Shown here: positions 16,279-25,548 of the stretch, piece by piece
Layout: each line of letters starts with the position of its first letter
Numbering within the stretch: the first letter of the stretch is position 1
NCBI GenBank assembly: GCA_051889215.1
Contig: JBJFDC010000006.1
Location: 5,669 to 69,668 of the forward strand
DNA: 64,000 nucleotides
Direction of reading: 5' to 3'
Origin: Christensenellales bacterium
GTDB taxonomy: Bacteria; Bacillota; Clostridia; Christensenellales; UBA1242
Notes under the pieces: generated by a model
Told to the model about the DNA's origin: nothing
Database searches by the model: none
Seen by the model: only the letters and a program-made list of their open reading frames with translations
Made by a program: the position numbers and the translations under genes

Positions 16279-18312
16279 ATGAAGAAAAAGATATTGAATT
16301 TTCGAGCGGTGTTCGTTTTTGCGTGCTTGTTTGCACTCGGTCTTTTTTATGCAAAAGACCTCATATCTGGAAGTCTCGCAGCAATAATACTTTGCGGCTT
16401 GATTCTTGTTTTTTTCTTGGGCTGGTCAATAAAAGACAAGTCTTGGATAAAATTTGTTTTGCCACTTGTTGCGTTTGTTGTTGGGATTGGTCTTTTTGCA
16501 GTGTGTGATGCAACATATTTTCGCGGGGTGACAACGGACGGAGAATTTGAGGTTCGAGGACGCGTGGAATATGTCAACAAAGAATATGACACAACTCAAA
16601 TGTTAATTCTCTCAAATGTCGAGGTTGATGGAAAGAAACAATCAAAAAACATTTATCTCAAATATCGAAAAAATGGTCAAGGACTTGATGTTGGCGATGA
16701 AATTTGTTTTGTCGGAACGTTGGACAAGGTGACACTTTGGAACATGGGCAATTTTAATTCATTTTATTATAAAAACAAAATTGCAAGTTTTTGCTCATTG
16801 GATTCGTCTGAAAAAACATTATTAAACAGTGAACAAAAATTAAGCGAAAAATTTCAAGGCGCCATCAAAGATAAACTGTTTGAAAACATGACCGAACAAA
16901 ATGCTGAAATTTCTTATGCTTCGATATTCGGCGACAAATCGGGGATTGACGAGGATATTCAGAATGCGTTTTCAGATGTGGGTGTTGCGCATTTGCTTGC
17001 AATATCTGGTCTTCACATTGGATTCTTCGTTGCACTTTTGAGCTTTATTCTCTCCAAATGTCGCCTGCACAAAAAGTGGCATGTTTTGGTCATTGCGCCA
17101 ATTCTTTTTGTGTATTGTTATCTATGCCGTTTTTCACCAAGCGTTCTACGCGCGACAATAATGTCGATTATGGTGCTTTTGTCTCATAGTTTTGGAAGAA
17201 AAAACGACGCGTTAACGACTTTTTCAATCGCGCTAATTTTGGTTCTTCTCATTCGTCCACTCGACATTTTTGATGGCGGACTGCAACTCAGTTTCTTGTG
17301 TGTTTTCTCGCTTATCATTCTCTCGCCAATCATTCAAAAGGGTTTCAACAAAATCAAGCTTGAAAAACTTGGCAAAATTCTTTCTCCTGTGCTTGCTGTT
17401 CAAATCGGAACGCTTCCAGTTTTGATGAAATTATTTAAATCAATTTCGCTGCTTACAATTCTTGCAAACATGGTTTGCGTGCCAATCTTTGAAGTTGCAT
17501 ATATTTTGCTCATGGCACTCCTGCCTTTTTCATTTATTCCACATTTTGGTGTGATTTTGATTGCTCCAGAATTTTTGATAAATTCAATCGCGATGGCTGC
17601 AATTTTCTTGAGTGAAAAGAGTGCGTTTTTAACTTTGCCATATCTTGGAAAAGATGTGTCTGTGGTCTATGTCTTCTTCATGTTTGGTTTTTCAAGATTT
17701 GTCATGACAAACCTTGGCAAAAAAATGATGATTTCCTTGGGCCTCGTGTTTGTGATGGCGATATTGTTTTTTGCTTCATATTTCCAATTTGGTCAGGAGG
17801 AAAACTCAATGTTGGTTGTTGGGGCGAGCGATGTGTTTGTTGTGCGCGCGGACAACCAAAATTATTTGATAAACTTTTCGAGCAACTTTGAAAAAAATCA
17901 GAATAAATTAATTAATTGTCTAAACTATTGCAAGATATATAATATAGACACAGTTGTCGGAGTGGAAGATGTTGACTTCTCTTCTTTTTCACAACTCAAA
18001 CGAGCGCAAAAAGTGTTCAACTCTGGTCAAGATGCGGAATATTTTAAAATCAATGACAAAGTGAACGCTGTGAAATTTTCGACTGGCAAAAAAGTCTTTT
18101 TGTTTGTCTTGTCAATAAAAGACCAAACCGAGAAAGAAATTTTGGAATATCATTATGAAACTCAAAAATTTGATGTTGTTGTGAATCTGTGTGATACTGA
18201 AATAGCAATGTCGTCGGAACTAATAATTTCTTCAACCAGTTTTTCAAACAATGAAAATTGGACAATAAGCTTTGACTATGCTACACTTGGTCTTAAAAGG
18301 AGTTTGAGTTGA
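16279..18312 (+). CDS. comEC: ComEC/Rec2 DNA-internalisation channel protein
   Basis: 677 aa, polytopic. Competence-domain motif VAHLLAISGLHIGF. The C-terminal region lacks a recognisable HxHxDH metallo-beta-lactamase motif. Confidence 0.8.
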   Translation: MKKKILNFRAVFVFACLFALGLFYAKDLISGSLAAIILCGLILVFFLGWSIKDKSWIKFVLPLVAFVVGIGLFAVCDATYFRGVTTDGEFEVRGRVEYVNKEYDTTQMLILSNVEVDGKKQSKNIYLKYRKNGQGLDVGDEICFVGTLDKVTLWNMGNFNSFYYKNKIASFCSLDSSEKTLLNSEQKLSEKFQGAIKDKLFENMTEQNAEISYASIFGDKSGIDEDIQNAFSDVGVAHLLAISGLHIGFFVALLSFILSKCRLHKKWHVLVIAPILFVYCYLCRFSPSVLRATIMSIMVLLSHSFGRKNDALTTFSIALILVLLIRPLDIFDGGLQLSFLCVFSLIILSPIIQKGFNKIKLEKLGKILSPVLAVQIGTLPVLMKLFKSISLLTILANMVCVPIFEVAYILLMALLPFSFIPHFGVILIAPEFLINSIAMAAIFLSEKSAFLTLPYLGKDVSVVYVFFMFGFSRFVMTNLGKKMMISLGLVFVMAILFFASYFQFGQEENSMLVVGASDVFVVRADNQNYLINFSSNFEKNQNKLINCLNYCKIYNIDTVVGVEDVDFSSFSQLKRAQKVFNSGQDAEYFKINDKVNAVKFSTGKKVFLFVLSIKDQTEKEILEYHYETQKFDVVVNLCDTEIAMSSELIISSTSFSNNENWTISFDYATLGLKRSLS

Positions 18313-19280
18313 ATTACATACAATTTGTCAAAGAGATTAAATCACAAATAAAAAATTATTATGTCGTCACGGGCGATGACTTGTTTTTGTTGAAACAAGT
18401 TGAAACAAGAGTTGAGCACGAATGTGATATCACCATGCCAGAGTTTGACAAATTTTCTTTTGATGGAGAGAATTTTTCAGTTTCGGCGTTTGAAAATGCG
18501 TTTCTTCAACTTCCGATTGCCGCAAAAAAAAGATTGATTGTTGCAAAAAATTTGCCAAAACAATCCGAGTCAGACAAAAAAGCAATCCAACAAGTGTTGC
18601 ACAAACAAAATAATTGTTGCGTCCTGTTTTTTGCAAATTCTCAAGGTGAAGATTTTTCGTTTGTTTTGGACGCGACAAAAATTGACTGTTCAAAACTGTC
18701 TGACCAACTTTGCCAAAAGTTTGTTGATGACCGATTGACTCAAAGTCACATAAAAATAACAAATGAAGCAAAAGTGCAACTTGTCAAACTTTGTTCAAAC
18801 AACTTGGGCAAAATTTCAACAGAACTCGAAAAACTTGTGTTTCTTGCGATGGACAAGGGTGAGATTGAAGAAAGTGATGTTTTGGTTTCGGTAAAAAGCG
18901 ATTTGGAATACAAAATTTATGAGATATCCGACCTCTTGCTTGACAAAAATATTGACAGAGTGATGCTCATTGTTGAAGATTTGCTCACAAAAAAAGAAGA
19001 GCCAACGGCCATTTTATCTCTTCTCGCTTCAAATTTCAGAAGACTTTATTTTGCGAAAATCACACCCGACGACAATTCAACCCTTGCAAAAAATCTCGGG
19101 GTCAAAGAATATGCAATAAAAATGGCGAGAGAAAAGCTTGGCAAAATTGGGGCAGTCGCACTCAAACAAATCAACGAAATGTTGCTTGAAGTGGACTATT
19201 CCATAAAGTCGGGCGCCATGCCTGCCGACATTGCCATAAACTATGCAATCCTAAAAATCAATTCATTTATAAAAAAATGA
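18309..19280 (+). CDS. holA: DNA polymerase III delta subunit
   Basis: 323 aa in the conserved comEC-holA-(rpsT) arrangement, with delta-like N-terminal and C-terminal helical regions. Confidence 0.7.
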   Translation: MNYIQFVKEIKSQIKNYYVVTGDDLFLLKQVETRVEHECDITMPEFDKFSFDGENFSVSAFENAFLQLPIAAKKRLIVAKNLPKQSESDKKAIQQVLHKQNNCCVLFFANSQGEDFSFVLDATKIDCSKLSDQLCQKFVDDRLTQSHIKITNEAKVQLVKLCSNNLGKISTELEKLVFLAMDKGEIEESDVLVSVKSDLEYKIYEISDLLLDKNIDRVMLIVEDLLTKKEEPTAILSLLASNFRRLYFAKITPDDNSTLAKNLGVKEYAIKMAREKLGKIGAVALKQINEMLLEVDYSIKSGAMPADIAINYAILKINSFIKK

Positions 19281-19346
19281 CAACAAGCATTTTGCTCGGT
19301 GCACTATGTTTTGGTTATGGCTGGTGACAAAATATGATTGACGAAT

Positions 19347-19383
19347 AAAAAAAACAACCCAAAGCAGGGTTGTTTGTTTTTTT
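19347..19383. terminator. bidirectional terminator between holA and rpsT
   Basis: AAAACAACCC aaagca GGGTTGTTTG with flanking A and T runs. Confidence 0.75.
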
Positions 19384-19384
19384 G

Positions 19385-19657
19385 TTAGTTTGCTTTTCTT
19401 GCGTCGTCAAGAAGTTTTCTGAGATGAGCTTGTTTTCTGCTTGCGTTATTTTTGTGAATAACATTGTTTGCAGCAGCACTATCAAGCAAAGCAACAACTT
19501 CATTCAAGAGTTTTTCTGCATTTTCAAGTTCGCCGCCAGCAAGTTCTGCTTTATATTTTTTGATAAATGTTGCAAGTCTTGATTTGATTGCTCTGTTTTG
19601 TTGATTTTTTGTTTCGTTGACATTGACGCGTTTGATTGCTGATTTGATGTTTGGCAT
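19385..19657 (-). CDS. rpsT: 30S ribosomal protein S20
   Basis: MPNIKSAIKRVNVNETKNQQNRAIKSRL is the canonical S20 N-terminus. Confidence 0.95.
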   Translation of the reverse strand: MPNIKSAIKRVNVNETKNQQNRAIKSRLATFIKKYKAELAGGELENAEKLLNEVVALLDSAAANNVIHKNNASRKQAHLRKLLDDARKAN

Positions 19658-19759
19658 ACGTCTTCTCCTTTGAAAATTTACTGCGTTATTCTAACACATA
19701 AAAAATTCTTTTGCAAGGTTTTTTGTGGTTATTTTTTTATTTTGTCACAAAATAAATTT

Positions 19760-20497
19760 ATGAAAACGAATTATAGACTTTGTGCAAGTGTTTTGAGAAC
19801 AAAAAAAGTTGATGCGGAGCAAAAAAAATTTGGCATGACTTGTTCATATTCATACGACGATGACAGCAAAGATGAGGCAAATCTTGCTGTTGTTGAATTT
19901 GGTCTCGAATACGCATATTCAGACAAACATCAGAAGGCGATTTGCGACCTTGTTCGAGGGGCGATAAAAAGTGTCGGAAATCTCCAAATTCAAAGTGTTC
20001 AAAAAGTTCTTTTTATTGGAGTGGGCAATCCGACTTTTACGGCAGATTGTTTTGGTGTTTGTGTTTCAAAAAATCTTTATTCAAAACTATATCTTTCAAA
20101 TCAAACAGAATCAACAAAATTTAAATTTTACTATTTCAACCCAGACATTCGAGCAAAAACTGGACTTGACACAATCGCCATAACAAACTTGATTATCGAC
20201 GAAGTTTCGCCAGATATAATATTTTTGTTTGATTGCTATGCAACAAGGCATAATTCTCGTGTTGGAAAAGTTGTTGAGGTCAAAAACAAAGCGCTTCGTC
20301 CGGCGAGTGCGGTTGAGGGATATGACGACAAAATCGTTTCAAAGACTGGTGCAAAAATAATTTCGATTGGTGCAGTGCTTTTGAGGGTTTCAAAAAATGA
20401 ACAAATGCTTTCAATGAAAACCAATGCTGACCTTTTGACAATGCGGCTCGCAGAAAGTGTGGCAGATGCGGTGAGCGCTGTTTTAAGTGAATTATAA
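19760..20497 (+). CDS. peptidase A25 (Gpr/YyaC-like spore protease family), short divergent form
   Basis: LFIGVGNPTFTADCFG and IIFLFDCYATR align with the Gpr motifs LIVGLGNWNVTPDALGP and FVIAIDALAAR, and both Asp residues are kept. It sits in the rpsT-gpr synteny position. Confidence 0.55.
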   Translation: MKTNYRLCASVLRTKKVDAEQKKFGMTCSYSYDDDSKDEANLAVVEFGLEYAYSDKHQKAICDLVRGAIKSVGNLQIQSVQKVLFIGVGNPTFTADCFGVCVSKNLYSKLYLSNQTESTKFKFYYFNPDIRAKTGLDTIAITNLIIDEVSPDIIFLFDCYATRHNSRVGKVVEVKNKALRPASAVEGYDDKIVSKTGAKIISIGAVLLRVSKNEQMLSMKTNADLLTMRLAESVADAVSAVLSEL

Positions 20498-20532
20498 CTG
20501 ACAAAAACCTCAAAATTTTCATATAAAATTTT

Positions 20533-21276
20533 GTGTTAAACAGACCGTGTGTTTTGGTTGTTGATAGCGGAATTGGCGGGCTATCTCTGTTGAGGACATG
20601 TCGCAATGTTTGTTGTGACTTTGTTTTTGTTATGGACAATGCGTTTTGCCCATATGGCGAAAAATCGCCCGATGTTGTTGTTTCAAGAATAAAAACAATA
20701 TGTGAATATTTTGTCGCGACACATTCGGTTTGCGCCATTGTTTTGGCGTGCAACACGGCAACAAGTGTTGCAATTGAACAAATTCGAAAATGCTTTTCGG
20801 TTCCCATTATTGGAATGGAACCACCAATCAAAACTGCAATTTCGGACAACAAAAAGAACATCGTCGTTATGTCAACTCCAATAACAAACAAATTTAGCAA
20901 AGTTGTGGGGCAATATAAATCCAAAAAAGAAGTGCGGTTGGTTTCGTTTTGCGATTTGGCAAAAAAAATTGAACAAAATTTTTTTCATTTAAACAATTTG
21001 AAAGAGTATATTAGAGGCGGATTTTCCGAACAAGACTTAAAAGGGTGTGATGCGCTTGTTTTGGGGTGTTCGCATTTTCAATATGTTGAAAAAGAGTTGC
21101 GAGAAATTTTTCAGAACGACATTGTTGTTTATCATAGTGAGCAAGGCGTGAGAAGACGCCTGATTGAAATCCTTGGAGGAAAAATCCAACCATTTGGAAA
21201 TGCAAAAATTGCCATTGTCCAAACTCAATTTGATGAGAGTTTGTTGACAATAGCAAAAGAAATATTATGTAAATAA
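20533..21276 (+). CDS. murI: glutamate racemase
   Basis: VVDSGIGGLS, ACNTATS and LGCSHF motifs. GTG start. Confidence 0.9.
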   Translation: MLNRPCVLVVDSGIGGLSLLRTCRNVCCDFVFVMDNAFCPYGEKSPDVVVSRIKTICEYFVATHSVCAIVLACNTATSVAIEQIRKCFSVPIIGMEPPIKTAISDNKKNIVVMSTPITNKFSKVVGQYKSKKEVRLVSFCDLAKKIEQNFFHLNNLKEYIRGGFSEQDLKGCDALVLGCSHFQYVEKELREIFQNDIVVYHSEQGVRRRLIEILGGKIQPFGNAKIAIVQTQFDESLLTIAKEILCK

Positions 21277-21277
21277 A

Positions 21278-21457
21278 TTAGATTAGGGTTGAATTTGGGC
21301 AAGAACAACCACAGCCGCAGTTGTTTGAATCGTCTGCGCCAATGAGCGCAAGAAGAAGCAAAAGCAAGAAAGTTGTGTTGTTTGCCAGATCAACGTTTGC
21401 CGCATCTGCTATTATCGATAAGAAAATCAGGGCCAAAATTTCTGCCGATGTTGACAT
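21278..21457 (-). CDS. hydrophobic micropeptide with a C-terminal CGCGCSC cluster
   Basis: 59 aa: MSTSAEILALIFLSIIADAANVDLANNTTFLLLLLLALIGADDSNNCGCGCSCPNSTLI. A strong RBS (AAAGGAGGATTT) lies directly upstream of the ATG. Confidence 0.5.
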   Translation of the reverse strand: MSTSAEILALIFLSIIADAANVDLANNTTFLLLLLLALIGADDSNNCGCGCSCPNSTLI

Positions 21458-21611
21458 AAATCCTCCTTTGACAATATATGTCAAAAACATTCAAAAGCTT
21501 TTAAATTTGAACAAACTTTTCTTTTGATATAAAAATTTGCCAATTTAAAATTAATATAAATGCTGGTTTTATATATGAAAAACCAACTCAAAGTGTGAAA
21601 AGAGGTGAGAT

Positions 21612-21962
21612 ATGGAAGAAAAATTATTAACCGCGACTCCAAAAGTCAAAGACGACATAGACAAATTTTTGCCAAATAAAAAAGTTCTCGAAAAACTTGC
21701 AAACCACTTTTATTCTTTTTCAGACCCGACAAGACTAAAAATTATTAGTTGCTTATCTCTTTCAAAAATGTGTGTAGGAGACATTTCCACTCTTTTGAAA
21801 TTAAATCAAACAACTGTTTCCCATCAACTAAAAATTCTCAAATCGCAAAACATCGTCACCGCAGTCAGGACTGGAAAAATCATCACATATGGACTGACAA
21901 ACAAACTCATTGATGACACACTTCTCATCGGTGCCAATTTTGTTTCATCTTTCAGCGCGTGA
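21612..21962 (+). CDS. ArsR/SmtB-family metalloregulator
   Basis: FSDPTRLKIISCL...CVGDIS...NQTTVSHQLKILK is the typical ArsR wHTH. Confidence 0.8.
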   Translation: MEEKLLTATPKVKDDIDKFLPNKKVLEKLANHFYSFSDPTRLKIISCLSLSKMCVGDISTLLKLNQTTVSHQLKILKSQNIVTAVRTGKIITYGLTNKLIDDTLLIGANFVSSFSA

Positions 21963-22039
21963 AAGATTTTTACACAAAGTTTATATAATTTTTTGTTTAA
22001 AACATATGAAAATTTTTGCACTTGGGTTATAATTAAGTT

Positions 22040-23860
22040 GTGAATGAAATTCTAAAACAAAAAATTCGAGTTTTGCCCAAAGAGAGCGGCGTTTATGTCA
22101 TGCGCGACAAATCCAACAACGTCATTTATGTTGGCAAAGCAAAAAACCTGAAAAACAGGGTTAGTGGTTATTTTCAAAATTCCATCAAACACGAAAAAGT
22201 TCAACTCATGGTTGACAGCATCGAAGACATGGAATATTTTGTTGTGCCAAGCGAATATGATGCATTTGTCCTTGAAAGAAATTTGATTGCGAAATATCAA
22301 CCTTTTTTTAACATTCTCCTCAAAGACGGCAAGCAATATCCATATTTGAAACTCGATTTGTCCAAAAAATTTCCTCGACTCGAAGTCGCTCGCCGCGTCA
22401 AGGGTGACCATGCAAAATATTTTGGGCCATATCTCTTTCCTGTGAAAGCGGAAGAACTCATCAAAATTGTGAACTATGCATTTCCGCTTCGAACTTGCAC
22501 GATGACAATAAATCAAGACAAACCCAAGGCCCGCGGGTGTCTAAACTATGACCTGGGACTTTGTTCTGCTCCATGCGCAAACAAGATTTCGGAAAAAGAG
22601 TATTCGGAAATTGTCAAAAAGGTGACAAAATTCCTTAATGGTGACTCAACTGAAATGCTTAATATTTTGAATGAGAAAATGAGGACTGCTGCTGATGCTG
22701 AAAATTTTGAGACCGCTCTTGAACTCAAGAACAAAATCGCAATGGTCAAAAAACTTGACAGCAAAATTATCACCCAACTTCCCAACACCGCCAACTTTGA
22801 TGTTTTGGGGTGTTTTTCGGACGGCATGTTCATGTCAACTTGCATCATGCAAATCAGGGGCGGAAGACTTTTGGGTGTTGAGTGCTTCAATGTCGTCAAT
22901 TTTTCTGACAACAAGGTTGAGGTCATGCAAAATTTTGTTGTTGATTTCTATTCTCAACAAGTGCTTCCCGCAAAAGAAATTTTGGTTGGAATGGATATAT
23001 CGAACGGTGTTCTTGAGGAGTTTTTTCGAACTCAAAAAAATTTAAAAGTCGATTTTGTTCATGTTCAAAAGGGGATAAAGAAAAAACTTGTCGACATGGC
23101 GAATCTCAATGCACAAAAATATGTCGAACGCACAATCCAGAGCGAAAATCGCAAAAATGCAAGAACAATTGGTGCAATAACACGACTCAAAACAAAGCTT
23201 TCTCTTCGTCAACTCCCAGTCAGAATGGAGTGCTATGACATTTCACACTTGTCTGGCACAGAAAAAGTTGGTTCGATGGTGGTGTTCATTAATGGCGAAA
23301 AGAAAACAAAACTATATCGCAAGTTCAAGATAAAGACCATTGAGGGCATTGACGATTTTGCCAGTCTTCAAGAAGTTTTGAAAAGAAGAGTCGAGGAATA
23401 TAAAAAACAAAAAGATATTTCGTTTTCGCAAAAACCAAATCTCATCGTTATTGATGGCGGAAAGGGTCAACTCAATTATTGCCACAAACAAGTGCAAGAA
23501 CTTGGTTTTGATGTCGAGATGATTTCGCTTGCAAAAAAGTTTGAAGAGGTGTTTGTTGTTGGCGACTCTTTGCCGCATATGCTTGCTCGTGGGAGTGTGG
23601 AACTTGGAGTTTTGCAGCAAATTCGAGATGAGGCGCACAGATTTGCAATCACTTTCAATCGTGAGAGTCGGCTCAAATCGTCATTCAAATCTCCGTTGCT
23701 TGAAGTTGAAGGAGTTGGCGAGAAAACTGCCCAAAACCTCATAAAAAAATTTGGAACAATTTCAAAAATGAAGAAAGCGACCGCCGAGCAGTTGAGTGAA
23801 GTTTCTGGAATAAATAAAAATAATTTAAAAAATTTATTAAAATATTTGGAAATTAACTAA
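22040..23860 (+). CDS. uvrC: excinuclease ABC subunit C
   Basis: GIY-YIG motif (GVYVMRD...VIYVGKAKNLKNRV), a UVR domain, the endonuclease V-like domain and a C-terminal HhH. Confidence 0.95.
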   Translation: MNEILKQKIRVLPKESGVYVMRDKSNNVIYVGKAKNLKNRVSGYFQNSIKHEKVQLMVDSIEDMEYFVVPSEYDAFVLERNLIAKYQPFFNILLKDGKQYPYLKLDLSKKFPRLEVARRVKGDHAKYFGPYLFPVKAEELIKIVNYAFPLRTCTMTINQDKPKARGCLNYDLGLCSAPCANKISEKEYSEIVKKVTKFLNGDSTEMLNILNEKMRTAADAENFETALELKNKIAMVKKLDSKIITQLPNTANFDVLGCFSDGMFMSTCIMQIRGGRLLGVECFNVVNFSDNKVEVMQNFVVDFYSQQVLPAKEILVGMDISNGVLEEFFRTQKNLKVDFVHVQKGIKKKLVDMANLNAQKYVERTIQSENRKNARTIGAITRLKTKLSLRQLPVRMECYDISHLSGTEKVGSMVVFINGEKKTKLYRKFKIKTIEGIDDFASLQEVLKRRVEEYKKQKDISFSQKPNLIVIDGGKGQLNYCHKQVQELGFDVEMISLAKKFEEVFVVGDSLPHMLARGSVELGVLQQIRDEAHRFAITFNRESRLKSSFKSPLLEVEGVGEKTAQNLIKKFGTISKMKKATAEQLSEVSGINKNNLKNLLKYLEIN

Positions 23861-23887
23861 AAATATTTAATTTTCATATAAAAAAAT

Positions 23888-24796
23888 ATGAAAAATAATA
23901 AAAATAAAATAAAAATGTTTATAAAAGAATTTCCTGACATCACAAAAAGTGGTGTCAGTTTTTCTCAAATTTCAAGCATAGGAATTGGCGGTGAAATTGG
24001 CGCATTGTGCGATGTGCGAAATGTTGAAGAACTGAAAGATGTCGTTCGCTATTTGCAAGAACAAAATTTGCCATATATTGTTTTGGGGAATGGCACCAAC
24101 ATTGTCGGCAAAGATTGTGGCTTTTGCGGTGTTGTTATAAGACTTGCAGGAGATTTTCGAAAAATTGAAAAAAGTGGAGAAAAGGTGTTTGTTGGTGCTG
24201 GCGTCAATATGTTTGTTTTGGGCAAAAAACTTTTGGAATTTTCGCTTGGAGGGCTTGAGTTCTCATATGGCATTCCTGGAAGCGTGGGGGGTTGCATAAA
24301 GATGAATGCCGGGGCATTTGGAGGAAGTGTTGGCGACAGTGTTTTGTGGGTTGAAGTTTTGGAAAACAACAAAATAAAAAAATATTTTAATAAAAAATGC
24401 AATTTTTCATACAGAAATTCAATATTTTTGCATAATTTTGCGATAATTTTGCGAGTTTGTTTCAAATTGCAGCATCAAAACCCCGAAATAATTTTGGCAA
24501 AGCAAAACGATTTTTTTGAAAGACGAAAACAAAGTCAGCCATATTCTTTTCGCTCGGCTGGAAGTGTATTCAGACGCTCGGGAGATTTTATTCCAGCAAA
24601 ATCAATCGACGAACTCGGGCTCAAAGGAAAACAAATCGGTGAAGCAATGGTGTCAAAAATTCATGCAGGATTTATTGTAAATTTGGGCTCGGCGACTTGC
24701 CAAGATTTTCTTAATTTGGTATCTTATATACAAGACTTGGTTTATAATAACTATAAACAAAAATTGGAACTTGAAATTCAAGTCTTGGGGGATTAA
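23888..24796 (+). CDS. murB: UDP-N-acetylenolpyruvoylglucosamine reductase
   Basis: FAD-binding GIGGE...LGNGTNIV and a C-terminal MurB domain (SAGSVFR). The start may instead be the ATG at 23915. Confidence 0.9.
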   Translation: MKNNKNKIKMFIKEFPDITKSGVSFSQISSIGIGGEIGALCDVRNVEELKDVVRYLQEQNLPYIVLGNGTNIVGKDCGFCGVVIRLAGDFRKIEKSGEKVFVGAGVNMFVLGKKLLEFSLGGLEFSYGIPGSVGGCIKMNAGAFGGSVGDSVLWVEVLENNKIKKYFNKKCNFSYRNSIFLHNFAIILRVCFKLQHQNPEIILAKQNDFFERRKQSQPYSFRSAGSVFRRSGDFIPAKSIDELGLKGKQIGEAMVSKIHAGFIVNLGSATCQDFLNLVSYIQDLVYNNYKQKLELEIQVLGD

Positions 24797-24797
24797 G

Positions 24798-25547
24798 ATG
24801 ATTTTGTTTGGAGATTATCACACACACACTCAATATAGTCATGGCAAGGGGACGATTCTTGACAATGCCAAAGTTGCCCAAAGCAAAGGGCTCAAAGAAA
24901 TTGCCATAACCGACCATGGCTTTGGACACACGCTATATGGCGTGAAAAGGCAAGATGTTTCAAATATTTTGCGAGATATAAAAAGCGCCGAGAAGCAAAC
25001 AGGTGTGAAAATCCTTTATGGGGTTGAGGGCAACTTTGTGGACAGGCAGGGCAATATTGATGTGACAAGTGAAGATTATTCAAAAATGGATATATTGCTC
25101 GTTGGACATCATAATTTTGTTCGTGCGACTCGTTTTTCGGACAAGTTCCCAATGTTCTATCGCAATATGCTCACTGGCATTTGGGCTCCAAGCAAAAAAC
25201 TTGTTGAAAACAACACGGCAATATATCTTCGTGCTTTTGAAAAGAACAGAATTGATGTCATAACACATTTGAATTATGGAATGAAGGTTGACACAATGGA
25301 AGTTGCGCGCGCTGCAAAACAAGTCGGAACATTCATTGAACTTAACGGAAAAAGAATTTTATTCACCGATGACGAAATTGTTAAAATGGCGGAAGAAGGG
25401 GTGAAGTTTATTATCGACTCCGATGCGCACACGCCAGATGCGGTCGGTGAATGCAACAGAGCAACAAATCTCATTCGTCGCCTTGAAATTCCGCTTGACC
25501 GTGTCGTCAATATAAACAAATTCCCAATTTTTCACAAAGGAAGATAA
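24798..25547 (+). CDS. PHP-domain phosphoesterase
   Basis: GDYHTHTQYSHG at the N-terminus and DSDAH near the C-terminus. Confidence 0.75.
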   Translation: MILFGDYHTHTQYSHGKGTILDNAKVAQSKGLKEIAITDHGFGHTLYGVKRQDVSNILRDIKSAEKQTGVKILYGVEGNFVDRQGNIDVTSEDYSKMDILLVGHHNFVRATRFSDKFPMFYRNMLTGIWAPSKKLVENNTAIYLRAFEKNRIDVITHLNYGMKVDTMEVARAAKQVGTFIELNGKRILFTDDEIVKMAEEGVKFIIDSDAHTPDAVGECNRATNLIRRLEIPLDRVVNINKFPIFHKGR

Positions 25548-25548
25548 A

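Noticed and set aside
20280-20924. 214-aa minus-strand ORF
   Set aside because: It is antisense to the 3' end of the gpr-like gene and the 5' half of murI, both of which have clear motifs. It shows no RBS or family resemblance.
21491-21611. A canonical ArsR/SmtB 12-2-12 operator (TGAACA...TGTTCA) in the divergent intergenic region
   Set aside because: Only one TGAACA half-site is present (within aaatttgaacaaac), with no matching partner. The ATATAAA-N7-TTTATAT repeat is too AT-rich to be convincing on its own.
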